From the NCBI GenBank assembly GCA_963701025.1, contig OY969557.1, forward strand, positions 106,405-170,404: DNA of 64,000 nucleotides, given 5' to 3'. A program made the translations under genes and the position numbers. Positions 1 through 8,637 of the stretch are shown piece by piece (within the stretch, counting starts at the first letter, position 1; each line of letters starts with the position of its first letter). The DNA comes from an uncultured bacterium. Its GTDB lineage: Bacteria; Patescibacteriota; Minisyncoccia; Phycocordibacterales; PALSA-1337. Below the pieces are notes generated by a model. The model did no database searches. It was not told where the DNA came from and saw only the letters and a program-made list of their open reading frames with translations.

Positions 1-1
1 C

Positions 2-70
2 GGCATGTTCATCATGATGTCGGCCTGGGGTATCATATATCTGATCTCCAATACGGTAGCGCAGATTTGA
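2..70 (+). CDS. 3' end of a membrane protein, possibly CPR pilin-like (partial)
   Basis: Frame reads GMFIMMSAWGIIYLISNTVAQI*; followed by a terminator hairpin. Confidence 0.45.
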   Translation, partial: GMFIMMSAWGIIYLISNTVAQI

Positions 71-94
71 AGGACTGAAAATCAGGTAAATAAA

Positions 95-123
95 AACAGG
101 CGGGGATTGAATCTCCGCCTGTT
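95..123. terminator. Bidirectional hairpin terminator between convergent genes
   Basis: AACAGGCGGGGATT-GA-ATCTCCGCCTGTT inverted repeat. Confidence 0.65.
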
Positions 124-146
124 GCGTTAAGGGATGTTTTAGGCCC

Positions 147-563
147 TTATTTGATTTCGGTGTAGGTGCAGTGCAACGTCGTAGGCTGGGGTTCGTAATT
201 CGGATTGAACTCGAAAGTCAATCCCTCCCCAATGCCGTATTCCGTATGCCCCAGCGACCTTTCCGTCACTTCCGTAGTCGCATTCGTGACGACATGTATC
301 GGAGCGTAGCCCCAATTCACTTCGAGATGATACCCGAATGGAGCCGACAGGTTTGTTGACTCGGTCACCATTACGACGTCCTGGGTGTAGACCATGGGCG
401 GTCGTGTCGTGGCACCACCGTTGTTTTCAGTCGTTTGCGCGGTAGGGCAGAACGTCATGGTGAGCAGGATAATAATGATTCCTACAACACCGAGGATGAG
501 TCTGCTTGGCCGCCACCCGTCTTTTTTTTCGGTTGTGTTTTTTGTTGGTTCGTTCATGGTCAT
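147..563 (-). CDS. Hypothetical single-pass membrane protein
   Basis: 138 aa with one N-terminal hydrophobic helix; start overlaps the stop of the upstream gene (ATGA). Confidence 0.7.
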   Translation of the reverse strand: MTMNEPTKNTTEKKDGWRPSRLILGVVGIIIILLTMTFCPTAQTTENNGGATTRPPMVYTQDVVMVTESTNLSAPFGYHLEVNWGYAPIHVVTNATTEVTERSLGHTEYGIGEGLTFEFNPNYEPQPTTLHCTYTEIK

Positions 564-1690
564 TTTCCTTTCCCTGTGATGGCGAATCCGCTGCCAGGAG
601 CGAAGGTGTGTACCCGTTCCGGGATACCCTCGTATTTTTGGATGTTCACGGTTTTTTCGATCAGATCAAGTGCCACCTGTGTGCCCTCGAAGGCCACATT
701 CGGTTTGACATCGCAATCGTCGACCAGTTTTTTGGTTTCTTCCCTAATTAGGCCGAGCCGCGCTTTGGCGTCGAATGTCTTCTGTGATTCGCCGGTGAGG
801 CTGAAGTTGCCCATGATCAGCTTTATTTCAGTCCCCGTTTTTTCTTCCAAGGGGGAAAGGTGTTCGTCACCCCCAAGCAGGTTGTCTATCCACGCTTTGA
901 CCTCCGCTTTGTAGTAGAGGAGCGTTTCATAGGAATTACACCCGGCGATGTCTGACCATCTTGCCTCAACCCATTCCCTGATGGCCACCCGGATTTCTTC
1001 CGGTTCTTTGAATTTGAGCGATCTGTTCAGGCCATCTTCGCGCCAGTTGTATATTATCGTGACTTCCGCAGCGGTTTGGTATCCGTCCTGGGTAGTCGCG
1101 TCCATTTTTGGCTCGTCAGTTCCATTGGTGTTGATGACCTCATGCTTTTGGAAATCAATGGCGATTCCCTGATCGCGTGAGAACCAAGATGTCCAATGGA
1201 ATCCTTTCGGATAGATGATCAATTCCCGGACGACGTAATCCAGATAGAGCTTCGCTTGCAAGCCCTTGACCGTTGTCCAGAGATGGCCGTATAAGCAGAT
1301 GACAGCCACCCAGATAACTGAAAGCGGGATACCCACTCTCGCAACTGGGTTATGTGTCTTGAAACTGATGACGAAGAACATCAGGCAGAACAGGATCACC
1401 GCCGTTAACAGATTGAGCGTAAATGCCGCCCAATCCATGTCGGTTATGTATCTGATCTGTAACGGTTCGTCACCGTGTGCCTTACAGCCTTCGGGCAGGT
1501 CAAACTTCCGTTTTGGCGGTAATTCCAACGGAGCGGGTTTATCGTTTTTACTCCACGCCTCATCAGGAGGCGGGTCGATAAGGCCGAGTTCGGCCAGTTG
1601 AATGTTTTTCATGTCGAGTCCTTTCGTTTCATCATGTAGTGATTGTTTTTTCAAGGCGATATCCTTACTATGGATACCGGCGTTACTCAC
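560..1690 (-). CDS. Membrane protein with probable SPFH/band-7-like domain
   Basis: Two TM helices, then ATTQDGYQTAAEVTIIY... and a helical region typical of SPFH. Confidence 0.55.
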   Translation of the reverse strand: MSNAGIHSKDIALKKQSLHDETKGLDMKNIQLAELGLIDPPPDEAWSKNDKPAPLELPPKRKFDLPEGCKAHGDEPLQIRYITDMDWAAFTLNLLTAVILFCLMFFVISFKTHNPVARVGIPLSVIWVAVICLYGHLWTTVKGLQAKLYLDYVVRELIIYPKGFHWTSWFSRDQGIAIDFQKHEVINTNGTDEPKMDATTQDGYQTAAEVTIIYNWREDGLNRSLKFKEPEEIRVAIREWVEARWSDIAGCNSYETLLYYKAEVKAWIDNLLGGDEHLSPLEEKTGTEIKLIMGNFSLTGESQKTFDAKARLGLIREETKKLVDDCDVKPNVAFEGTQVALDLIEKTVNIQKYEGIPERVHTFAPGSGFAITGKGK

Positions 1691-1785
1691 ACGAGTAGCG
1701 CAACTGTTAGTTTAGTTTGACCTTATCATATTTCGGTATAAAAGTCAATAGCTCCGTATAGGTTCAGTAGCTTCGCACATATAAA

Positions 1786-1821
1786 AATCCCCAGCCTTTT
1801 CTTGATGGATTGGCTGGGGAT
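1786..1821 (-). terminator. Rho-independent terminator
   Basis: ATCCCCAGCC...GGCTGGGGAT stem with adjacent A tract (T tract on minus strand). Confidence 0.55.
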
Positions 1822-1826
1822 GAGTT

Positions 1827-3521
1827 TCATTGTGTTTCCGTAGAACAGATGTGCCGGTATGTAATACCGGAGTTCGGCGCTTTCAGTCCGGATACTTCAG
1901 GCGGTAACCCGCTTGTCGCACCGTTCGCCATTGATTGTTTATCGGTTATTCTCGCTGATCGGTGTTGCATCATGAGTCCAAACGCAACGAGCGAGGCGAT
2001 AACGAGACACATTGCGGTTATGAGGCCATACCGTCGCCAGGCCATCGGTACTGCCGTTGATGCTTCCGCCGCCTGTGTCCGAACGACCGGCGCTTGTACC
2101 GTTGGCGGTTGAGTTGTCACAGGTGCCGCCGGAGTAACGGCTTTCAGGCGTTCCTCCAGCCGTGAGACCACGGTATCCGCCAGCGCGGCGTCCCGGCGGT
2201 TTTGGCCGGAGATGAACCGTGTCAATTGTGTTTCCAAGCCCCTCATCTTCCGCCAGATGCGCAAGAGCACCCAGGCGAATCCGAATCCTCGACGGATCCT
2301 TTTCGCCGGAGCAGGTGCCGGAGCAGGCGATGGAGCCTGCGTGAGCGATCCCTGCCGCGCACAACGGTCATTGAACTCGACCATGATCTCGTGGATCTGG
2401 TCGAGGAACGCCCGATAATCGGCCCGTTCCTGCGAGGCCTCGGCACGCTCGCGTGAAGCTTCGGTGAGGCTGGTCTGAATGTCGCTGACCATTCCGGCGA
2501 ATTCTTCGCGAACCGCTTTCAGTGCCGTAGCATTTTGCCGCACGATGAGTTCCGAGCATGTTCGTCCTTGGGCCAACACGGAAACGAGGCTTTCGCTGAT
2601 CTGCGCGTGCAGGTCAACGAGCTGTTGCCCCAGACCCGTGCTGATCCGCTGTTCGATTTCGGCGGGATTGGCACGGAGCTTTTCGCGCAATTGCGAGACT
2701 TCCGAGGCCAATGCGCCTACTCCAGTCGTCAGAGCCGCATGACCCTTGGTTTGGTCGCCGATCTTCGCCGTGAGCTCGGGTAGCACTCGCGCGACCTCAT
2801 CGGTCACGACGAGCGTGCGTTTGACCAACGCCTGATAGGTTTCATTCTGGCCGGACTTTTCGCCGACGAAGGCGGTGTAATCATTGACCAAGCTTTGGAC
2901 GGTCGCGGTTATGTCCCTGATCGCCGCCGCATTTGAATCAAGATGACCATTGACGAGCTGGTTCTGCTTGGACTGCTCGCCGAGGATGGCTTTGAATTTT
3001 TCGTTGACGTCGCCGGTGATCGCCGTGGTGTTTTCGCCGAGACGACTTCCCAGCTCGTTTTTCAGCTGTTCCAGCAGTCCTGGTATTCCGGCGACTTGAG
3101 CGGATATGCCGCCCTTGCCGTCGAGGATCGCGGCGATCTTCTTGTTCTCGTCGTCAATCCAGCCGATCCAGATCCGTGTAATGTCATCTGGTGTCATGGT
3201 CAATCGGTCGGTTGTCTCAAAGCGCTGTTCCGGAGTGATGCCGTCAGCGCTTATGGTGACCTCGTATTCCCCGGGCACCAGCTCGTAGGCCTTCAGACCG
3301 TTCCGTTTAAACGAACCCAGTCTGATAGTTATTCTTCCGTCAGGTCCTTCCTCGTGCGGCATGACTTCCACTCTCTGACCGCCGAAAATGGTCTGTTCAC
3401 TGCGTTTGACGCACACGTAATGTGTGTCGGCTCCCGGTAATCGGGAGAAGACGATTTTTTCGCCATTGCACTGGTGGATGACCGGTGTGATGGGTTTTGG
3501 GGTAGGGGTAGTGTCGGACAT
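1827..3521 (-). CDS. Hypothetical coiled-coil protein with C-terminal TM helix
   Basis: 564 aa; long heptad-rich region, PAPAPA linker, C-terminal hydrophobic segment; GGGAG RBS upstream. Confidence 0.75.
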   Translation of the reverse strand: MSDTTPTPKPITPVIHQCNGEKIVFSRLPGADTHYVCVKRSEQTIFGGQRVEVMPHEEGPDGRITIRLGSFKRNGLKAYELVPGEYEVTISADGITPEQRFETTDRLTMTPDDITRIWIGWIDDENKKIAAILDGKGGISAQVAGIPGLLEQLKNELGSRLGENTTAITGDVNEKFKAILGEQSKQNQLVNGHLDSNAAAIRDITATVQSLVNDYTAFVGEKSGQNETYQALVKRTLVVTDEVARVLPELTAKIGDQTKGHAALTTGVGALASEVSQLREKLRANPAEIEQRISTGLGQQLVDLHAQISESLVSVLAQGRTCSELIVRQNATALKAVREEFAGMVSDIQTSLTEASRERAEASQERADYRAFLDQIHEIMVEFNDRCARQGSLTQAPSPAPAPAPAKRIRRGFGFAWVLLRIWRKMRGLETQLTRFISGQNRRDAALADTVVSRLEERLKAVTPAAPVTTQPPTVQAPVVRTQAAEASTAVPMAWRRYGLITAMCLVIASLVAFGLMMQHRSARITDKQSMANGATSGLPPEVSGLKAPNSGITYRHICSTETQ

Positions 3522-3632
3522 ATAGATTCTCCCGTCGTACGTTGTTATATGTGGTTTTCAACGATCAAAAAATCGTTGTTTTGTTTGTCGCGACTCTACC
3601 GCATAAATATGGAAAAGTCAATATGTGCGTAT

Positions 3633-3784
3633 GTGCCGGGGAGAGGACTCGGGTCCTACGGACCCTGTATAGGTCTCGTATTTTCTCGGGTCAAAGACCC
3701 TCGAAAATATACTCGACCTTTTCTCGTCCTCTCCCGCAAACCTCCGGTTTGCTCCGGCACAAATTCGCTTCGCTCATTTGTGTG
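3633..3784. repeat. Duplicated tRNA-Leu 3' end embedded in a nested foldback
   Basis: GTGCCGGGGAGAGGACTCG (3633-3651) is identical to 3986-4004; pairs with downstream GTCCTCTCC...CCGGCAC. Confidence 0.7.
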
Positions 3785-3983
3785 TCTTTATGACTCCGCT
3801 CGAACCTTTTTTCAAGGACAATAGCCCTTGGCAGTCTCGTTTTAGGGTATCCCCACACCCTTCCCCACATGGGGAGGGGTATTGTTTTGAAATCATCCTT
3901 TGCTCACAAGGATTTTGTCGCCTTTTTGCGTTTCGTGCCACCCCCGACTTCGGTCGGTTTTGCCGCTCACGCGGCTGGTGGAA

Positions 3984-4068
3984 TGGTGCCGGGGAGAGGA
4001 CTCGAACCTCCAAGGATTGCTCCGCGTGGTCCTAAGCCACGTGCGTCTACCAATTTCGCCACCCCGGC
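3984..4068 (-). tRNA. tRNA-Leu(TAG)
   Basis: Reverse complement GCCGGGG...CGTGG-CT-TAG-GA-CCACG, long variable arm, GGTTCGAGTCC, CCCCGGC-ACCA. Confidence 0.95.
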
Positions 4069-4113
4069 GATTTTTCCATTTTACACTTTACCTTTTACTA
4101 TTGCTACGTGTAT

Positions 4114-4292
4114 TTTGTGCTGCTTTTTGGACAAAGTTCGAACTTTTTTCTCTGAAAATCCCGACTCGTAGTTGCGTCTCGCTCTGCTCGACGCCAGGAG
4201 AGGGCGGACGGAAGCCTGGGGGTTTGGGGGAAAGGATTCCGTCCGCCCTCACTATTTGTTTTTGGCCGCCGCCGCGCCATTTTTTCGCGCGG
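4114..4292. repeat. Arm A (attL side), inverted copy at 7999-8177
   Basis: 179-bp reverse-complement match with about 4 substitutions by eye. Confidence 0.95.
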
Positions 4293-4320
4293 GTATTAGT
4301 AAAGAAAGAAATTCATGGAA

Positions 4321-4669
4321 CCTTGCGGCTCAAATCCACCATTTGATCCGCAAGCGGTTCTGCCATCTGAGCCGCAAGATTATTCTAGCATGAGGATTTG
4401 AAAACTCGAAGCGATCCACTTCCGCTTCTAAAGAGTCATGTGACGCGCCCTACGCACATATCCGAACGGCTCCCGCGCTTTTCCTCCGTTGCTTCGCAAC
4501 CGAGGGGCGCGTCCGCCATACAGATATGTGCTACGGGCGAAAAGAAAATGGTGGCGAGAAGCGGAAGTCGACCGCTTCTCGATTGAAGTTGAAAAGAAAT
4601 TTAGAAATCCTTACGGCTCAAATCCACCATTTGATCCGCAAACGGTTTTGCCATCTGATCCGCAAGATT
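4321..4669. repeat. Two ~61-bp direct repeats (4321-4381, 4609-4669), each with three TGAKCCGCA-type motifs
   Basis: CCTTRCGGCTCAAATCCACCATTTGATCCGCAARCGGTTYTGCCATCTGAKCCGCAAGATT occurs twice. Confidence 0.9.
4408..4583. other. Structured foldback element, copy 1
   Basis: Nested inverted repeats; shares terminal and internal motifs with 8413-8572. Confidence 0.75.
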
Positions 4670-5322
4670 CAGCGCACAAAAAGATATTTAACCCAGTGCG
4701 AGCCGTCTGTGCGGTTCAATCTTCCTTGTTGGACTAATTTCGACAAATATCTTGTTGCTGTGGCATCCGAACAGTGTAGACGGTCTTGAGCTTGTTCGTT
4801 GGTGATGGATCCTTTTTTTTGTGCTGTCAGCATGATCTTGTCCAATTTTTTCTGTCTGTTTGAACCAAGCTTGGCGTTTGCTTTGGCTAGAAGCGTGCGG
4901 ATGAAGCTGGTCTGGTTCTGTTGCGCCGACGATTGTGTCTGTGGAGATATCGGAGTCGGTGGCGTCGGCGCTGGCACAGGTGCAGATTGCACTGGAATTG
5001 GCTGGACTGGTTCAGGAGTTGGCGGCTCATCGGTTGCAGGAGTTGGTTCAGAAATCGGTTGATCATCAACCGGAGCTTCTGGCTCATTTGAGGCAGAAAT
5101 CGGCTCTTCCGGGGCGTTGCTTTCAGGCTGATTTATAGGTGGATTTTGATCTTCTACAGGAGTTGAACTAGAATCGTTTATAGGCGATTCTGGGGCCGTA
5201 GGAGGGGTATTGGCCACGTCAGAATCTGTTGTTTGGTCAGAAACTGGCTCAACTGGAGCAGGCGATGATTCTGGCGCTTGCACATCTTCAACTGGTTCGC
5301 TTGGAGTATTTTGATCGTCCAT
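4669..5322 (-). CDS. Pro/acidic disordered N-terminus plus C-terminal winged-HTH protein
   Basis: C-terminus KKLDKIM..KGSITNEQAQDRLHCSDATATRYLSKLVQQGRL is wHTH-like. Confidence 0.75.
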   Translation of the reverse strand: MDDQNTPSEPVEDVQAPESSPAPVEPVSDQTTDSDVANTPPTAPESPINDSSSTPVEDQNPPINQPESNAPEEPISASNEPEAPVDDQPISEPTPATDEPPTPEPVQPIPVQSAPVPAPTPPTPISPQTQSSAQQNQTSFIRTLLAKANAKLGSNRQKKLDKIMLTAQKKGSITNEQAQDRLHCSDATATRYLSKLVQQGRLNRTDGSHWVKYLFVR

Positions 5323-5429
5323 AGGAATATATTAACATGCTATCCACAGAATTGATTTGACTTACTGGGTTCAATTTGCTAGATTGTTAATGTCATTCGC
5401 AGGCCGCCACGCTTCGTGGCGGTTTGTAT

Positions 5430-6054
5430 TTATACCTCTTTTTGGATTTTCATTTTCCAGCTATCGATATTAATGAGATCGATCTTTCCTTGCTCGTGTT
5501 GCTTCATGACTTCTTTTAACCTCGTTGATAGACGTTTGGTATTTAGTCCAGGCTTCTTGATGCCGGCGTTTGATGAAACGACATAAACTTTCGTGCCTTT
5601 CTCCACAAGTCTTTTGATCAGATAATCGAAATCGCCATCACCTGTAAATATCAAGAATTCTTTATCTGGTCCGGCATATTCCATGGCATCGACGGTCAAA
5701 TCAACATCACAATTAGATTTGTGGTTATAGCCCATACTCACAACCTCTACATTTTCTTTACCGCAAGCAATACATTTTATAGAGATCGTTTTGTCGGGCT
5801 TTTTATAAGAGAAGACCGTCCTCGTTTTTACAATGCAACCGGCTCCTTTCAGAGATTCAAATTCTTTTGCGGTTTCGTCATCTCCTTCGTCGATGCCGGA
5901 GTAGAAAAAAACTTTTTCGCATTTCCATTTCTTCGTGAGGTACGCGTAAAGCTTGTGCCAGTCAATTAGAAAGCCAAGTAGCTTGCGCGTCGTTGACGCC
6001 GTGTTCTGCACGTCGATGAAAGCATAACGTTTTCTCTGGTTTGCTTGTGGACAT
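5430..6054 (-). CDS. NYN-domain (LabA/DUF88, PIN-like) putative RNase
   Basis: AFIDVQN, K.NCDVDLTVDA and TGDGDF motifs; likely true start ATG 6054 with a 1-bp indel near 6030 (ORF track starts at 6011). Confidence 0.85.
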
Positions 6055-6081
6055 GCGTGGTATTATACCACGGCATAGGAC

Positions 6082-6411
6082 CTATTTTCTGTTTAGAATA
6101 TTTGCTATATTTTGTTTTTCCTCCACACTTGCTGTCGTCTTTGAATTTGAGATCAAGGAAGATACAGCGCTTATTTTTGCCGCAGATGTAGGTTGTGATG
6201 ATTGCAACATTGCCGCCACCTCAGTCCGCAATTCGGCTTGAGTTTTTGGTGGAATGGTAGACGCATACCGCATTACGATAAACCAGTAGGCGAGAGCGAT
6301 TAGGATAGCTACGATTACAATAACCAAAACACTCCACAAAAAACGGTGCCGGTGATTGTGTGTCGTTGGTGATTGGGGTATTGGTTGGGGATTTAGTGAG
6401 TAGGTTGGCAT
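6082..6411 (-). CDS. Small single-pass membrane protein
   Basis: 109 aa with one strong TM helix; downstream of the surface protein gene in the same orientation. Confidence 0.7.
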   Translation of the reverse strand: MPTYSLNPQPIPQSPTTHNHRHRFLWSVLVIVIVAILIALAYWFIVMRYASTIPPKTQAELRTEVAAMLQSSQPTSAAKISAVSSLISNSKTTASVEEKQNIANILNRK

Positions 6412-6418
6412 AAATCAA

Positions 6419-7721
6419 TTATTGGACAGTTAGACTAGGCGAACATGCGACTATACCACTCACTGTTGAACCATTTGATGTCGAAGTTACCTTAAAGGAG
6501 AGGTTCTTTGTTCCTGTAGTGCTGTAATTTTTAGTAACAGAGGCTGTCGAACCGAGAGAACTCCATGTGTTATTAACAGCAGGGTCATTCCAATAATACG
6601 TATATGTCCCAGCTCCAGCTCCGCCTAAATCATATCCTGTATAAAGAGACCATGTCATATTTGTTCCATGAGTCACAGTTGGTTGAACTCGGATTGCAAG
6701 ACAGGTTTTGTATTGGTGGAAGGGTCACTGCAACGCTTGCCGTGCAAGAGACTGACTTGCTTGCTCCATAGGACAAGACATTCATTGACATTGTTTTTGT
6801 ACCTGGTGTTGTATACGAATAGGTGATGGAATTTTGACTTGTGGATGGACTTGGTAACCAAGATCCGTGATCGGTCCCGTTCCATTGATAAGTATAATTC
6901 GTACTATCTCCACCCGTTGGACTTGTCAGACTACTCCAAACAACAGGCTGATTTATCACTTGTGTAGTATTATCTGGCCCACATGACAGATTACCTATGG
7001 TTGATACGTAACGCCCGACTTTTTGGGTTCCGTCTTTACTGCAATAATATACGGTGTAGGGTTGCCACAAATCTCCCCAAGCGCTCGTCATGAGAAGCAT
7101 ATTCGGGTTTCCTGGATAATAACTACCGGTTCCTAATCCTGAAGGAGAGCATACTTGGCTATCGTCAGAGGCAATATTACTTCTCCAAGGGCATTGTTCT
7201 CCCGATAGACACCACCTGGCAACACCGTTACGACAATATATTTCCATGCTGTCATTGGCGGCACTTGAGCCGTTATCATTCATTTGAGAATTAGGTATAA
7301 CCCACACTAATCCGGACCCTTGGCATTCTGTGGGTGTTTGTGATCCTGGCATCTGCCACCCCGCTGTTCCATTTGTGTCCTGTGCTGTCAAAACAGCCCC
7401 GACTTGCGGACTACCGCTTGCCACAATCAAATTGCCCGTGATACCAAGATTATCAAACAAAGCGCCGCCAATAACATCAAGAGCGGGAATGCTGGTAGTA
7501 AGTTCGGTATTGGTGCCAAAAGAAACTGGTCCCATTTTGTACTGCCACGAGCTTCCGACATTAATCGGTGCAGGAGTATTGCAATTCGGCGGTGTGCAAT
7601 TGGTACCGGTAGGATAACCGGTGCCAGGTGGTGACCATGTTTGCGCCAAAGCTGATAATGCAGTAGCCCCAAGGAGAAATCCTACAACTACGAGCGAGAA
7701 CGATAGAATGCGTTTTTTCAT
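6419..7721 (-). CDS. Secreted surface protein with Cys-rich and PKD-like domains (frameshift near 6670)
   Basis: Signal peptide, CPR-type PPNCNTPAPINVG segment; repeated YTYQW...Y.T.GTK modules continue across ORFs 6630-7721 and 6419-6676. Confidence 0.7.
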
Positions 7722-7998
7722 ACTTTTGTTGATTGCGTTTTTCTAATAATTTCCTAGTGTTGAGATACACAAAGCCCACCACTAGGAAGGCTCGAAAGCC
7801 TCTATACAAGTTTCCCCGTATAACGCAATCAACGCCCTAATGATCGGTTCTCTATGTTGATTGCGATTTTTCACCATGCCGCCGAAGCGGTTTAGGCTAC
7901 TTCTAACTTATTCAGTTGTGAGATTACTATACCATGAAATCTTCCACTTTGTGTCAAATAAGTTATGCACAGAAAATAACTATTTTTCTTTCCCAGCA

Positions 7999-8356
7999 CC
8001 GCGCGAAAAAATGGCGCGGCGGCGGCCAAAAACAAATAGTGAGGGCGGACGGAATCCTTTCCCCCAAACCCCCAGGCTTCCGTCCGCCCTCTCCCAGCGT
8101 CGAGCGGAGCGAGACGCAACTACGAGTCGGGATTTTCGGAGAAAAAAGTTCGAACTTTGTCCAAAAAGCAGCACAAATTCGCGGAAAACTGAAAATCGTC
8201 CGAAAAAGGCGAAATGCAAATACCAAGTGGAGAGCGGGGCGGAATTCCCCCCTGAAACCCCCCTTCCGCCCCGCCCGCATTTTTGTTGGCCGTTTTGGGA
8301 ATTGCGGGAACAAATGCAAACGGCGCACGGGGCAAAAAAACGAGGGCGCGGTCGCG
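7999..8356 (-). repeat. Internal inverted copy of the reconstituted attP (arm B + core + arm A)
   Basis: 7999-8177 = rc of 4114-4292; 8171-8356 = rc of 10009-10194; the two overlap at core GCACAAA (8171-8177). Confidence 0.9.
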
Positions 8357-8412
8357 TGTGGAGAAAAAAGAGAAATATGATTTTCTTTATTGAAAATAAT
8401 ATTTAAGATTCA

Positions 8413-8572
8413 AAGCGGCCCACTTCCGCTTCAGATGAAATCAGTACGCGGATGTCAGAACAGCTCCGCACGGGAACTCACACCGTCGCCTGAGGCGACC
8501 GTGTGGTGCTCCGCCGTACCGACATTCGCCCGGAGACAGGTGGTGAGAAGCGGAAGTCGACCGCTTCTCGAT
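8413..8572. other. Structured foldback element, copy 2
   Basis: 28-nt GAGAAGCGGAAGTCGACCGCTTCTCGAT identical to 4556-4583; upstream CACTTCCGCTTC partner present. Confidence 0.75.
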
Positions 8573-8622
8573 GAGAAAAAGTGGAAAAAAGTTATGCACA
8601 TCTATTTGACTTTGCAAAAATT

Positions 8623-8637
8623 TGGTAAAATATATTC
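8623..8637 (+). promoter_or_regulatory. Extended -10 promoter for a leaderless recombinase mRNA
   Basis: TGG-TAAAAT ends 6 nt before the ATG at 8638; no SD sequence. Confidence 0.55.

Noticed and set aside
4321-4669. CRISPR array
   Set aside because: Only two 61-bp repeats with a 227-bp structured spacer; no cas genes in the window.
7760-7865. Known riboswitch upstream of the cargo surface gene
   Set aside because: Hairpins are present, but I cannot match c-di-GMP or other aptamer consensus sequences.
7861-8406. Overlapping ORFs across the internal repeat, and similar ones at 3869-4393
   Set aside because: By-products of GC-rich repeats; only the frame matching the integrase C-terminus is informative, and it lacks a credible start.
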